DNA from: Actinomycetes bacterium
GTDB taxonomy: Bacteria; Actinomycetota; Acidimicrobiia; Spongiisociales; UBA5794
Assembly: GCA_023336815.1 (NCBI GenBank)
Contig: JAMBLJ010000218.1
Location: forward strand, 1 to 63,482
Direction: 5' to 3'
DNA length: 63,482 nt
In this document: piece by piece, positions 48,663 to 57,792 of the stretch
Layout of the letters: each line of letters opens with the position of its first letter
How positions within the stretch are numbered: position 1 is the stretch's first letter
Translations under genes and position numbers: made by a program
Notes under the pieces: generated by a model
Told to the model about the DNA's origin: nothing
The model's input: only the letters and a program-made list of their open reading frames with translations
Databases searched by the model: none

Positions 48663-51058
48663 ACCTCACCTCGAAGGACGGCTCCGGTTGCGTCTGTGAC
48701 TTCTGCCGCGATCGTGCGGCGGATCAGACCTGCTTCGTCATCAGTCAAGGTGCGATCGGGTGCACGGAGGCGGAAGTTGATCGCATACGAAACGTGACCT
48801 TCGTCGACCGATTCGCCTGTGAACACGTCAAAGAGGGCGATGTGCTCGAGCAGTTCCCCTGCCCCTCGCCGCGCAGCGGCAAGGATCGACCCTGCACTGA
48901 CCGTGGGCGGAGCAGCAAAGGCCATGTCGAACACCACGGGAGGAAACACGCTCGGCGTTACGAGCTGCCAGGCACCTCTGTCCGTCAGGAAGGGCTCGAG
49001 ATCGAGTTCCCCGATCACCACTCGTCCCGAGAGCCCGAAGGAGTCGGCGACTGTGGGATGGATCTCACCGACTGTGCCGACGTTCGCATCACCGATCATC
49101 ACTGCTGCGCATCGGCCAGGATGGAACCCCGTTCTCGCCGAAGGTGCAAACGTCACATCTGGTACGTCCAGTGCGTCTGCGAGAAGCTGGACCAGGCCGG
49201 TCCCGTCGTGGATATCGCGGCGGCGCGCTGGTGTATGCCACGAACCTTCGAGCATGCCAGCGAACACGAAACCAAGCCGATCCGGTTGGTCAGGGAGTTT
49301 GCCGGATCCAGTAAGAAACACCTTTCCGATCTCGAACAGGGAGGCTGATGGGAGGCGCCGCGCAAGATTGGCGGACGCACCCTTGAGAAGCCCTGGCACC
49401 AGAGACGTTCGCATGACGCCTTCGGTGTCGTTGAGTGGGTTCACCACACGGATCGCACGATCTTCACCCTCGAGAGCTTCAGGATCGAGCATCTCGAGAT
49501 CGGATGCTCCGATGAACGAGAAGGTCAACGATTCGAAGATTCCAGCTCCAACGAGGGTTTCCCTCACCCTCCGAACCCGCTGCTCGCGGTACGGCAATCC
49601 CCCACCTGGACCGGAGGGAACGGTTTCAGGGATACTCGCGAATCCGTGGAGTCGCGCGATTTCTTCGACGAGATCCACTGGCTTGCGGACATCAGGCCTG
49701 CGGGTGGGGACCGTTACGGTGAGCGGATCGATCCCTTCCACAGAGAAGGTAAGTCGTTCGAGAAGACCGGCCGTGGCATCGCGATCAAGCGCGATGCCGA
49801 GCACACGGGATGTCTCGGACAGCGGATAGACGACCGTCCATGGCTGGATGTGTCCTGGGTCAACGTCGATTGGCATGGGGGCTGGGCGGCCTCCGGCTGT
49901 GATCTCGAGAAGCTGAGCGACGCGGTCGGCGCCGAGCAAGCAGAAGGATGGATCGGCTCCACGCTCAAAACGTGCAGATGCCTCGGATCTGAGACCGAGA
50001 CGTTTCGACGTCATGAGGATGTTTGGTGGACTCCAGTAGGCAGCCTCGATGAAAATCGCGGTCGTTGTCTCGTTGACTTCCGTCGATGCTCCGCCCATCA
50101 CACCACCGATAGCAACAGGGGTGGTGCCGTCGGTCACGACGATGTCTCTCGCATCGAGAGTGCGTTCCTGGTCATCGAGGGTGACGATGGTTTCACCTTC
50201 GCTCGCCATACGAACCTGGATCGTGTCTCCCAGCCGCTCTACGTCGAAGGCGTGGGTCGGGTGGCCGAACTCGATCATGGCATAGTTCGATGCATCGACC
50301 ACGTTCGAGATGGATCGCACCCCAGCCTGACGGAGGCGCCAGCGAAGCCAGTGAGGTGATGGTCGAACGGTGATACCACGGACCTCGCGTCCGGCAAATC
50401 GTGGGCACATCTCGGGGACGTCGATCGTGACGCTGAGGTCGGAAGGCTCGCCCGATTCTGTGACCGCGATGTTGGTGTCGCGTAGCGGAACCTGGAAGAG
50501 CGCTGCCAGATCTCTCGAGAGTCCGTACACAGAAAGGCAATCGGGTCTGTTCGGAGTGACGTTCACGTCGAACAGAACATCCGGGAACCCGACAACATCA
50601 GCGAAGGGTTCCCCGATGTGTTGGGCCGCCTTTGGATAGTCATCGTTGAGCACCATGATTCCGTCGGCTTCATCTCCGAGGTCGAGTTCGGTTTCCGAGC
50701 AGATCATCCCGTTCGATGGAATACCCCGGATGTCGCGTCGGGTGATGGTGAAGTCTCCACCGAGGACCGCACCTGGAACGGCGACGGGTACGATGGCACC
50801 GGCTTCGAAATTCCATGCACCGCAGATGATGTCCAGCACTTCGGTTCCGACATCGACTTTCGTCAAACGCACCTTGTCCGCATTGGGGTGCGCAGCAACT
50901 TCCAGAACACGACCCACCACAACGTCCGTGAAGGTGGGTTCAAGAACGGACCATGCTTCGATCTCGTGACCGAGGCTTTCGAAGGCTTCGACGAGTTCCT
51001 CAGGATCATCCATCGGGATCTCGACGAACTCCTCGAGCCACGACCGCGTGAGCTTCAT
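48659..51058 (-). CDS. pheT: Phenylalanyl-tRNA synthetase beta subunit
   Basis: HPNADK, CGAWN, SNGMICSETEL, TPNRPDC, HAFD, RFERG, DLVEEIAR, MRTSL, FDVF, TLTD. Confidence 0.97.
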   Translation of the reverse strand: MKLTRSWLEEFVEIPMDDPEELVEAFESLGHEIEAWSVLEPTFTDVVVGRVLEVAAHPNADKVRLTKVDVGTEVLDIICGAWNFEAGAIVPVAVPGAVLGGDFTITRRDIRGIPSNGMICSETELDLGDEADGIMVLNDDYPKAAQHIGEPFADVVGFPDVLFDVNVTPNRPDCLSVYGLSRDLAALFQVPLRDTNIAVTESGEPSDLSVTIDVPEMCPRFAGREVRGITVRPSPHWLRWRLRQAGVRSISNVVDASNYAMIEFGHPTHAFDVERLGDTIQVRMASEGETIVTLDDQERTLDARDIVVTDGTTPVAIGGVMGGASTEVNETTTAIFIEAAYWSPPNILMTSKRLGLRSEASARFERGADPSFCLLGADRVAQLLEITAGGRPAPMPIDVDPGHIQPWTVVYPLSETSRVLGIALDRDATAGLLERLTFSVEGIDPLTVTVPTRRPDVRKPVDLVEEIARLHGFASIPETVPSGPGGGLPYREQRVRRVRETLVGAGIFESLTFSFIGASDLEMLDPEALEGEDRAIRVVNPLNDTEGVMRTSLVPGLLKGASANLARRLPSASLFEIGKVFLTGSGKLPDQPDRLGFVFAGMLEGSWHTPARRRDIHDGTGLVQLLADALDVPDVTFAPSARTGFHPGRCAAVMIGDANVGTVGEIHPTVADSFGLSGRVVIGELDLEPFLTDRGAWQLVTPSVFPPVVFDMAFAAPPTVSAGSILAAARRGAGELLEHIALFDVFTGESVDEGHVSYAINFRLRAPDRTLTDDEAGLIRRTIAAEVTDATGAVLRGEV

Positions 51059-52056
51059 CGGTACTGCTCCAGGATCCTCTGATCGGGATCGATCAGCGCC
51101 CGGAGGTCCGTGATGCCATGTCTCACCATTGCCATCCGTTCAGCACCCATACCGAACGCGAATCCGGTGACCTTGTCGGGGTCGTAGCCGACGTGTTCGA
51201 AGACCGCCGGGTTGACCATGCCACAGCCAAGGAGCTCGATCCAGCGGCCCTTGGTGTAGGCGTGCATCTCCGCCGACGGTTCCGTGAACGGGAAGTAGTG
51301 AGGGATGAACTTGACCTCGGTGTCCTTCCCGAAGAACTGGCGTGTGAACTCCGCCAGTGTGCCCTTAAGGTCGGCGAACGTGATGGAATCGTCCACAGCG
51401 AGGCCTTCGATCTGGTGAAACACGGGAGAGTGTGTTGCATCAACGGCGTCAGCGCGAAACACCTTTCCAGGGACGACGATGAATACAGGGGGATCGTGCT
51501 GCTCCATGTATCTCGCCTGCATCGGCGACGTGTGCGTCCGGAGCAGGATCTCTTCCTCCTGTTCGCCGTAGTCGAGGTACAGCGTGTCTGACTCGAGCCG
51601 CGACGGGTGTGTCTCGTGAAAGTTCAACGCAGTGAAGTTGTAGAAGTCGGTCTCCGCTTCCGGGCCGCGGGCAACCGTGTAGCCAAGACCAACGAAGATG
51701 TCGACGATCTCGTCCATCGTTTGGGTGATGACATGCGTGGAACCCAGCGGGGGTCGTCTCCCCGGCAAGGTGACGTCGGCTCGATCCGTCTGGAGTCGTT
51801 CGTCTTCTTCCGCAAGGGCAAGAACAGCACGTCTGTCGGCGATCAATCGGGTCAGCTCCTGTGCCACGTCGTTGATCGCTCGCCCGGTCTCTCTTCGTTC
51901 CTGGGCGTCTGTGATTCCACCGAGGCCACGTCGTGCATCCGCGATCCCAGATCCACGGCCGATGGTTTCCGCTTCTATGGCTTCGAGCTCGACGAGTGAC
52001 CCGGCGGAGGCGATAGCGGGAGGTACGGATTGGAGGAGGTTCGTGAGATCGGTCAT
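51055..52056 (-). CDS. pheS: Phenylalanyl-tRNA synthetase alpha subunit
   Basis: DVTLPG, NFTALN, LRTHTSPMQAR, DATHSPVFHQIEG, FPFTEPSAE, ELLGCGMV, GFAFGMGAER. Confidence 0.97.
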   Translation of the reverse strand: MTDLTNLLQSVPPAIASAGSLVELEAIEAETIGRGSGIADARRGLGGITDAQERRETGRAINDVAQELTRLIADRRAVLALAEEDERLQTDRADVTLPGRRPPLGSTHVITQTMDEIVDIFVGLGYTVARGPEAETDFYNFTALNFHETHPSRLESDTLYLDYGEQEEEILLRTHTSPMQARYMEQHDPPVFIVVPGKVFRADAVDATHSPVFHQIEGLAVDDSITFADLKGTLAEFTRQFFGKDTEVKFIPHYFPFTEPSAEMHAYTKGRWIELLGCGMVNPAVFEHVGYDPDKVTGFAFGMGAERMAMVRHGITDLRALIDPDQRILEQYR

Positions 52057-52084
52057 TGAACGTGGCAGGTTAGTGAGTGCGAGA

Positions 52085-52831
52085 TCATGACAGTTGGTGG
52101 ACGAGGATTCCAGCGGCGATCGCTGCGTTGAGCGACTCGACGCCACCGGGCATCTCGATCGAAACGGGTGTCGCATCCGGCCCGAGCGCCCACTCGGGAA
52201 GTCCATGTGCCTCGGATCCGATCAAGAGAGCAACGGGATCTGTCGACCGCGCGGGCGTGTCACCGTCGTCGACGATGCTGGCAAGGATTGTAAGACCTGC
52301 CTCGCGGATCGGGCCGAGGCCCTGTGGGAGCGGAATCAATCGGGTGTACACGTGTGCACCGGTCGCCGCACGGATCGTCTTCGGAGCCCACGGATCAGCT
52401 GTAGCTCCCGCATAGGCGACATCCCAGCCAAAGGCGGCAGACGTTCGGATCATGGTTCCAACGTTCCCAGGATCAGCTATGTCGACGAGCACGAGCGTGT
52501 TGGACCGTTGCAAGGTCGCCGCCATGGGTATGTCGATGAGTGCCACGGGACCCGGCGTCGTGACCGTGCCGCCGGCAGCGTGGACGACATGTTCCGACGC
52601 AAGGGTCAACGGTATCTGTCTGCGTGAACAGATATCGATCGTTGTTCGGTCGGACTGATGTGCGATCACCGACACCGGTGTGACACCGTTGTCGACGAAA
52701 ACTGAGAAGACCGTCGGGCCCTCGATGATCGTTCGGTTCTTCTGTCGCCGGTTACGTGATCGGTGGAGTTCCTTGAATTCCTTGACGACCCTGTTCCCGG
52801 TCGACGTAACGACGGAGGTGTTGATGCTCAT
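52085..52831 (-). CDS. TrmH/SpoU family RNA methyltransferase
   Basis: IIEG, DPGNVGTMIRT, IRAATG, LLIGSEAHGL, ESLNAAIAA. Confidence 0.92.
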   Translation of the reverse strand: MSINTSVVTSTGNRVVKEFKELHRSRNRRQKNRTIIEGPTVFSVFVDNGVTPVSVIAHQSDRTTIDICSRRQIPLTLASEHVVHAAGGTVTTPGPVALIDIPMAATLQRSNTLVLVDIADPGNVGTMIRTSAAFGWDVAYAGATADPWAPKTIRAATGAHVYTRLIPLPQGLGPIREAGLTILASIVDDGDTPARSTDPVALLIGSEAHGLPEWALGPDATPVSIEMPGGVESLNAAIAAGILVHQLS

Positions 52832-52846
52832 GCGACTCTGAACGTT

Positions 52847-52872
52847 ACGGGGAGCCCCTCAGGGCTCCCCGT
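52847..52872. terminator. Perfect 11-bp hairpin downstream of rplT
   Basis: acggggagccc-ctca-gggctccccgt. No strong U tail. Confidence 0.75.
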
Positions 52873-52895
52873 CGGATTCGCATGCACGGTGTGTG

Positions 52896-53255
52896 TCAGC
52901 TGTCGACGGAAGCTGACGCGACCTCAACGAGTGCGCTGAACGCATCCGGATCGTTCACTGCCATTTCCGCGAGCATCTTGCGGTCAACCTCGATGTCGGC
53001 GGCTTTGAGACCCGCCATGAACTGTGAATACGTCGTTCCATTCAGACGAGCCGCAGCGTTGATCCTCTGGATCCAGAGTCGGCGAAACTGACCCTTGCGC
53101 GCACGACGATGATCGTACGAGTCCTGCATTGCATGCATTACCTGCTCACGCGCGGTGCGGTAGCGGCGGCTTCTGGCTCCGGTATACCCGGAGGCCCTGT
53201 CCAATACTTTCTTGCGCTTCTTCCGCGCGTTCACAGATCGTTTGACACGAGCCAT
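52896..53255 (-). CDS. rplT: 50S ribosomal protein L20
   Basis: MARVKRSV...[21 protein letters not shown]-like...DRKMLAEMA. Confidence 0.98.
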   Translation of the reverse strand: MARVKRSVNARKKRKKVLDRASGYTGARSRRYRTAREQVMHAMQDSYDHRRARKGQFRRLWIQRINAAARLNGTTYSQFMAGLKAADIEVDRKMLAEMAVNDPDAFSALVEVASASVDS

Positions 53256-53265
53256 GGGGGGCCTC

Positions 53266-53460
53266 CTAGCTGTTCAGCATGCGGTCGATGCGCTTGGCAT
53301 CACCGCCGCTGAGGGTTCCGGTACCTTTGTTGCGGCGCCAACGGGCCGCAGATTTCTTGTTGCGGTTGTGTCCGCGCCAGGCCTTTCGGTGCCTGATCTT
53401 GCCGCTGCCCGAACGCTTGAAACGCTTGGCAGCACCTTTGTGCGTTTTCATTTTCGGCAC
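53266..53460 (-). CDS. rpmI: 50S ribosomal protein L35
   Basis: [21 protein letters not shown]. Confidence 0.97.
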   Translation of the reverse strand: MPKMKTHKGAAKRFKRSGSGKIRHRKAWRGHNRNKKSAARWRRNKGTGTLSGGDAKRIDRMLNS

Positions 53461-53495
53461 GATAATCTCCTGTCATCCAGACGCGAGGCCTCTGG

Positions 53496-54041
53496 CTACT
53501 CGTCGTCCGTTTCAGTTTCCTTCTCGGCGGAAAGACCTCTGATCGGCGCCAGGACCATCGTCATGTTTCGTCCTTCGAGACGAGGCATGGTTTCGATCTC
53601 GGCATAGTCCTCGACATCTTCGAAAAGACGCTGGAGAATGCCCCGGCCGAGCTCGGGATGAGCAACTTCACGTCCGCGGAATCGCATCGTGCACTTGATC
53701 TTGTCGCCTTGTCGGAGGAATTTGACAACCCTCTTCCGCTTCACCTCGTAATCGCTCGCACCGATCTTCGGGCGAAACTGGACTTCCTTGATGACGGTGC
53801 GAGTCTGATTCTTCCGGGCTTCACGTGCTTTGACGGACTGGTCGTACTTGTACTTGCCGTAGTCCATCATCCGCACAACGGGTGGCCTTGCTTCGGGAGC
53901 GACCTCAACGAGATCGAGTCCGAGTTGGGCTGCGAGCCATCGAGCTTCGTCGATGTCCTTCTCGCCAATCTGGCCGCCGTCTGGTGCGATGAGACGCACT
54001 CGCTTGACGCGAATTCTGTCGTTCACCCGTGGCTCCGCGAT
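53496..54041 (-). CDS. infC: Translation initiation factor IF-3; ATC start
   Basis: AGGAGGT-ACTCCC-ATC GCG GAG CCA CGG GTG AAC. NDRIR, LDLVEVAP, MDYGKY, KEVQFRP, MRFRGRE, EGRNMTM. Confidence 0.96.
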   Translation of the reverse strand: MAEPRVNDRIRVKRVRLIAPDGGQIGEKDIDEARWLAAQLGLDLVEVAPEARPPVVRMMDYGKYKYDQSVKAREARKNQTRTVIKEVQFRPKIGASDYEVKRKRVVKFLRQGDKIKCTMRFRGREVAHPELGRGILQRLFEDVEDYAEIETMPRLEGRNMTMVLAPIRGLSAEKETETDDE

Positions 54042-54049
54042 GGGAGTAC

Positions 54050-54185
54050 CTCCTGATCCGTGGTCTTCCAGCCGGGGAGGTCGCCTACAGAGAACAAAAG
54101 ACAGCGCGACGAACGCTGCCGGAAGTTCGACCTATCGCACCTGAGACGGTGGAAAGGTGGGAAGCAGGCGCCTCCTCTTGCGTCG
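54050..54185 (-). promoter_or_regulatory. infC-rpmI-rplT leader resembling the L20 leader, with internal terminator hairpin
   Basis: Minus strand GAGGCGCCTGC (54174-54164) pairs with GTAGGCGACCTC (54088-54077). Hairpin GGCAGCG...CGCTGTC is followed by TTTTGTTCT. The 5' part resembles the remembered Firmicutes L20 leader. Confidence 0.7.
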
Positions 54186-54221
54186 TTTGTTGATCTTAGG
54201 ATACAGCGGAACCCGTAGTTA

Positions 54222-54716
54222 CTACGTGGAATCCGCCGTGGGTGACGGGGGCGGAGTGATATCGCGAAGGATCAAAGCGGCACGAACGGCGGCTTCGGCT
54301 GCTTCGCGGCCCTTGTTGTGTCGGCCCGGCCCTGAACGAGCGAGAGCATCTGCGAGCTTCCGCGTTGTGAGTATGCCAAAGGACACGGGCACACCGGTGT
54401 CAAGTTGGACACGCATCAGTCCCTCAGATGCTCGATGTGCAACGTGCTCGTAGTGGTCCGTATCACCTTCGATCACGGCACCGAGACACACGACAGCATC
54501 GTACCCGGACGTGGCGAGCGCCTGAGCGATCAGTGGCAATTCGAATGCACCTGGCGCATCGATGATCTCGAGGTGTTGTGCTCCCACTTCCTTGAGATAC
54601 GTGACCGCGCCGGTCTTGAGTCCATCCGTGACAGGAGCGTTGAATGCCGCTGTCACGACACCAATGCGAAGTCCATCGGCACGTATCTCCCCAGAGGGGG
54701 CGTTATCGATCCGCAC
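54222..54716 (-). CDS. ribH: 6,7-dimethyl-8-ribityllumazine synthase
   Basis: AAFNAPVTDGL, PGAFELP, LGAVIEGDTDHYE, PVSFGILT, NKGREAA. Confidence 0.95.
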   Translation of the reverse strand: MRIDNAPSGEIRADGLRIGVVTAAFNAPVTDGLKTGAVTYLKEVGAQHLEIIDAPGAFELPLIAQALATSGYDAVVCLGAVIEGDTDHYEHVAHRASEGLMRVQLDTGVPVSFGILTTRKLADALARSGPGRHNKGREAAEAAVRAALILRDITPPPSPTADST

Positions 54717-55923
54717 GTTCGGACTCTCCCACGATATGTCCCATCCGTTCAGCCTTCGTTCGCAGATAGTCCTGATTCTCATCCGTGGCGCCAACCCATA
54801 TCGCATCGCGGTCGACGACATTGACGCCGTAGCGTTTGAGCTGGTCGATCTTGTCTGGGTTGTTCGTGAGAAGACGCACCGACTCGATACCCAGGTCATG
54901 AAGGATCTGAGCGTCTACGCCGTAGTGTCTCGCATCGTCAACGTGGCCGATCTGGCGATTCGCGTCAACCGTGTCAAGCCCTTGCTCCTGGAGGTTGTAC
55001 GCCGAGATCTTGTCAAGAATCCCAATCCCGCGACCTTCGTGTGCTGCGTTGTAGACGATAACCCCTGCACCGGCGTTCGCTATGAGTCGCATGGCTTCGT
55101 GCAGCTGGGAACCGCAATCACAGCGTAGCGACCCGAAGACGTCGCCGGTGAGGCACACCGAGTGAACTCTGGTCAATACGTTCTGTGCGCCAGCGAGATC
55201 GCCCATGGTGAGGGCGATGTGAGGGCTGGCGTCTGTGGCTGCCTCGTATCCGATCAGCGTGAAATCACCGTAGCGGGTGGGCAAGGATGCTTGAGACGTC
55301 CGGTTCACGAGAACTTCGGTCTTCCAGCGGTAGGCAACGAGATCGTCAATCGAGATCATGACAATCTCGTGTTCTCGTGCGAACGCTGCAAGCGCGTCAC
55401 CACGCATCATCGTCCCGTCGTCGTTGACGATCTCACACAATACGCCCGCTGGCTGGAGTCCTGAGAGCCTCGCGAGATCGACCGCCGCCTCGGTGTGGCC
55501 TCGCCTCGCGAGTACTCCCCCTGGTTCGTAGCGGAGGGGGAAGATATGGCCGGGACGTGAGAAGTCGGATGGGCGCGAGTCTCTATCGACGACCGCGCGG
55601 ATCGTGCGAGATCGGTCTGCTGCCGATATTCCCGTCGTCGTACCTTTGGTGTAGTCGATCGATACGGTGAAGGCCGTCTTGTGTGCCTCCGTATTGTCCA
55701 TGACCATGAGCGGTAGCTTGAGCTCATCGAGTCGTTCCCCCGTCGTCGGCAGACAGATGAGCCCGGATGTGTAGCGAACCATGAATGCAATCTGTTTCGG
55801 TGTCACCTTCTCCGCGGCGATGATCAGATCTCCCTCGTTCTCCCTTTTCTCATCGTCGACGACGAGAATGAACTCGCCCCGTCGCATCGCAGCGAGGGCA
55901 TCGGAGATCGCTGCAAGGGTCAT
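54703..55923 (-). CDS. ribBA: Bifunctional DHBP synthase / GTP cyclohydrolase II
   Basis: RENEGD, FTVSID, RPGHIFPL, RRGHTEA, CEI, CLTGDVFGSLRCDC, EGRGIG, LLTNNP, NQDYLRTK. Confidence 0.96.
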   Translation of the reverse strand: MTLAAISDALAAMRRGEFILVVDDEKRENEGDLIIAAEKVTPKQIAFMVRYTSGLICLPTTGERLDELKLPLMVMDNTEAHKTAFTVSIDYTKGTTTGISAADRSRTIRAVVDRDSRPSDFSRPGHIFPLRYEPGGVLARRGHTEAAVDLARLSGLQPAGVLCEIVNDDGTMMRGDALAAFAREHEIVMISIDDLVAYRWKTEVLVNRTSQASLPTRYGDFTLIGYEAATDASPHIALTMGDLAGAQNVLTRVHSVCLTGDVFGSLRCDCGSQLHEAMRLIANAGAGVIVYNAAHEGRGIGILDKISAYNLQEQGLDTVDANRQIGHVDDARHYGVDAQILHDLGIESVRLLTNNPDKIDQLKRYGVNVVDRDAIWVGATDENQDYLRTKAERMGHIVGESERADR

Positions 55924-56528
55924 GTACTGGTTCCGATCATCCGTTCGACGTACTTCGCGATCACATCGACCTCGATGTTGACCGGAGAGTCGACTTCCTT
56001 GCTCCCGAACACGGTTGCCGAGAGCGTGTGTGGTATCAGCACAACCTCGAACCAGGCAGGGTCAGCATCCCTGTCGCACACAGCCGTGACTGTGAGGCTG
56101 GTCCCATCCACAGTGATCGACCCCTTTTCGACGATGTAGCGCCCTAGCGTCGATGGATGTTTGACCCGTATCCGTGTCGCCCCACCTTCCCCTTCCAGAG
56201 ATGCAATGACACCCACACCGTCGACATGTCCCTGGACGATGTGACCATCGAACCGACCATCCGCTCTCATGGGACGTTCAAGGTTGACATCGTTCCCGCG
56301 AACCAGGTTGCCGAGCGCACTGCGGCCCAGCGACTCATCAACGATCTGGACAGAGAAGGAGGTGCTGCTGTGCAAAACGACGGTCAGACAGACACCATCA
56401 ACGGCAACTGAGTCGCCATCTTGTATATCAGCGGCAGTCCTCTTGCCACGGATAGTCAGTTGCCTTCCACCGTCAATGGGAAGGACGTCTTCGACTCTCC
56501 CGACTTCGGAAACGATTCCAGTGAACAT
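55920..56528 (-). CDS. ribE: Riboflavin synthase (alpha chain)
   Basis: MFTGIV, GDSVAVDGVCLT, VNLERP, GHIVQGHVD, KGSITVDGTSLT, NIEVDVIAKY. Confidence 0.96.
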   Translation of the reverse strand: MFTGIVSEVGRVEDVLPIDGGRQLTIRGKRTAADIQDGDSVAVDGVCLTVVLHSSTSFSVQIVDESLGRSALGNLVRGNDVNLERPMRADGRFDGHIVQGHVDGVGVIASLEGEGGATRIRVKHPSTLGRYIVEKGSITVDGTSLTVTAVCDRDADPAWFEVVLIPHTLSATVFGSKEVDSPVNIEVDVIAKYVERMIGTST

Positions 56529-57574
56529 CAGGATGGATCTCCAATCTGTGCGGTGATCTTGATATCGGGACCGATGCGTTCGACAGATTGAAATACGATC
56601 GTTCTGGCATCGTCGATCGAATCGAAGGAGCCTGCAAACGGGGCTAATCCAGCGCCTGCGGCAAGGCTGGCACCGATGTACACGATCAGGACGTCAACGA
56701 GGCCGGCATCGACCAGGGTTCGAGCGATCGTTGCGCCTCCCTCAACGAGAACAGACGTTATGTCCTGATCTGCCAATGATCGGAGTGAAGCGGCCATGTC
56801 CGTTGAGCTGCCTGAGTGGGACTCGACGATGATCGGATCCCTGGCGAGAACACGCGCTCCGGTTGGAAGGTCCTTGTGACCCTTGAAGACGATAGGTCGG
56901 GGTTGATGGCGATCGTATCCATCCAGTCTGACGGTGAGCAGCGGATCGTCCTCACGGATGGTACCTGCACCGACGGCGACCGCGTCATTGCGTGACCGAA
57001 GGACGTGGGCGTCCTCTCTTGCCTCCGGTGACGTGATCCACTGCGAGGAACCGTCGCGTGCCGCGATCTGTCCATCCAGCGTCATCGCGATCTTCAGCGT
57101 GACGAGAGGGAGGCCGGTGCGTCGGTGGTGGTAGTAGCTCGGGTCGTTCGCTTCGACGATCGATGCAAGTCCACTGTCGATGACCTCGACACCAGCGGAA
57201 CGGAGGCGTGCGATGCCCCTGCCACTCACCTTGGTGTCGGGATCTCTCGCTCCGACGATCACTCGGCGAATCCCACTGTCGATGATCGCATCCGTGCAGG
57301 GCGGGGTTCTGCCTTGATGGTTGCATGGCTCGAGCGTGACGACCATCGTGTCGCCTGCGACGCTGCCGAGCGATGCCAGTGCCACGCGTTCTGCGTGTGG
57401 ATGTCCTGGGCCGATGTGGACGCCGACGGCACGCACCACACCAGCAGGTGAGACGATGACGGCGCCGACACGTGGGTTCGGATGCGGGTGCGTTCCGGAT
57501 GTGGCATCCAGCGCAGCACGCATCACGTCATCCACGGCGACACCATCGACTGGATTGTCGACAGCGCGACGCAT
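56528..57574 (-). CDS. ribD: Bifunctional pyrimidine deaminase/reductase
   Basis: PNPRVGAV, HAE, EPCNHQGRTPPC, DP, KIAMTLDG, WIT, DDPLLTVR, VLVEGG. Confidence 0.95.
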   Translation of the reverse strand: MRRAVDNPVDGVAVDDVMRAALDATSGTHPHPNPRVGAVIVSPAGVVRAVGVHIGPGHPHAERVALASLGSVAGDTMVVTLEPCNHQGRTPPCTDAIIDSGIRRVIVGARDPDTKVSGRGIARLRSAGVEVIDSGLASIVEANDPSYYHHRRTGLPLVTLKIAMTLDGQIAARDGSSQWITSPEAREDAHVLRSRNDAVAVGAGTIREDDPLLTVRLDGYDRHQPRPIVFKGHKDLPTGARVLARDPIIVESHSGSSTDMAASLRSLADQDITSVLVEGGATIARTLVDAGLVDVLIVYIGASLAAGAGLAPFAGSFDSIDDARTIVFQSVERIGPDIKITAQIGDPS

Positions 57575-57580
57575 AAGCGT

Positions 57581-57696
57581 CCCCTTTCTTCCATCCGGAC
57601 TTTCACCGTCGGCTCCGGAGTTCCACCGGATCGGCCCCAGCTGGGGTTCGCGGACTTTCACCGCCGGTCGGGAATTGCACCCTGCCCTGAAAGAGG
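57581..57696 (-). ncRNA. FMN riboswitch (RFN element)
   Basis: CAGGGCAGGGTGCAATTCCCGACCGGCGGT...AGTCCGCGA...GATCCGGTG..ACTCCGGAGCCGACGGT..AGTCCGGATGGAAGAA. P1 (CCTCTTTC/GAAAGGGG) includes the ribD SD. Confidence 0.97.
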
Positions 57697-57792
57697 TATG
57701 TAGTGAGAAACTTAGTACGAGGGTGGGCATAGCCCGAAACGGGAACGACTTGGAACATGACCTACGAACGAATCGGGGTTACGCTAGCGCAG

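Noticed and set aside
51055-52206. Long N-terminal extensions given by the track for pheS, tyrS, ribD, ribH, rpe, DivIVA, OmpA and HAD-IIA
   Set aside because: Extensions overlap neighbouring genes or RNA elements and lack homologous character; downstream starts have SD or -10 support.
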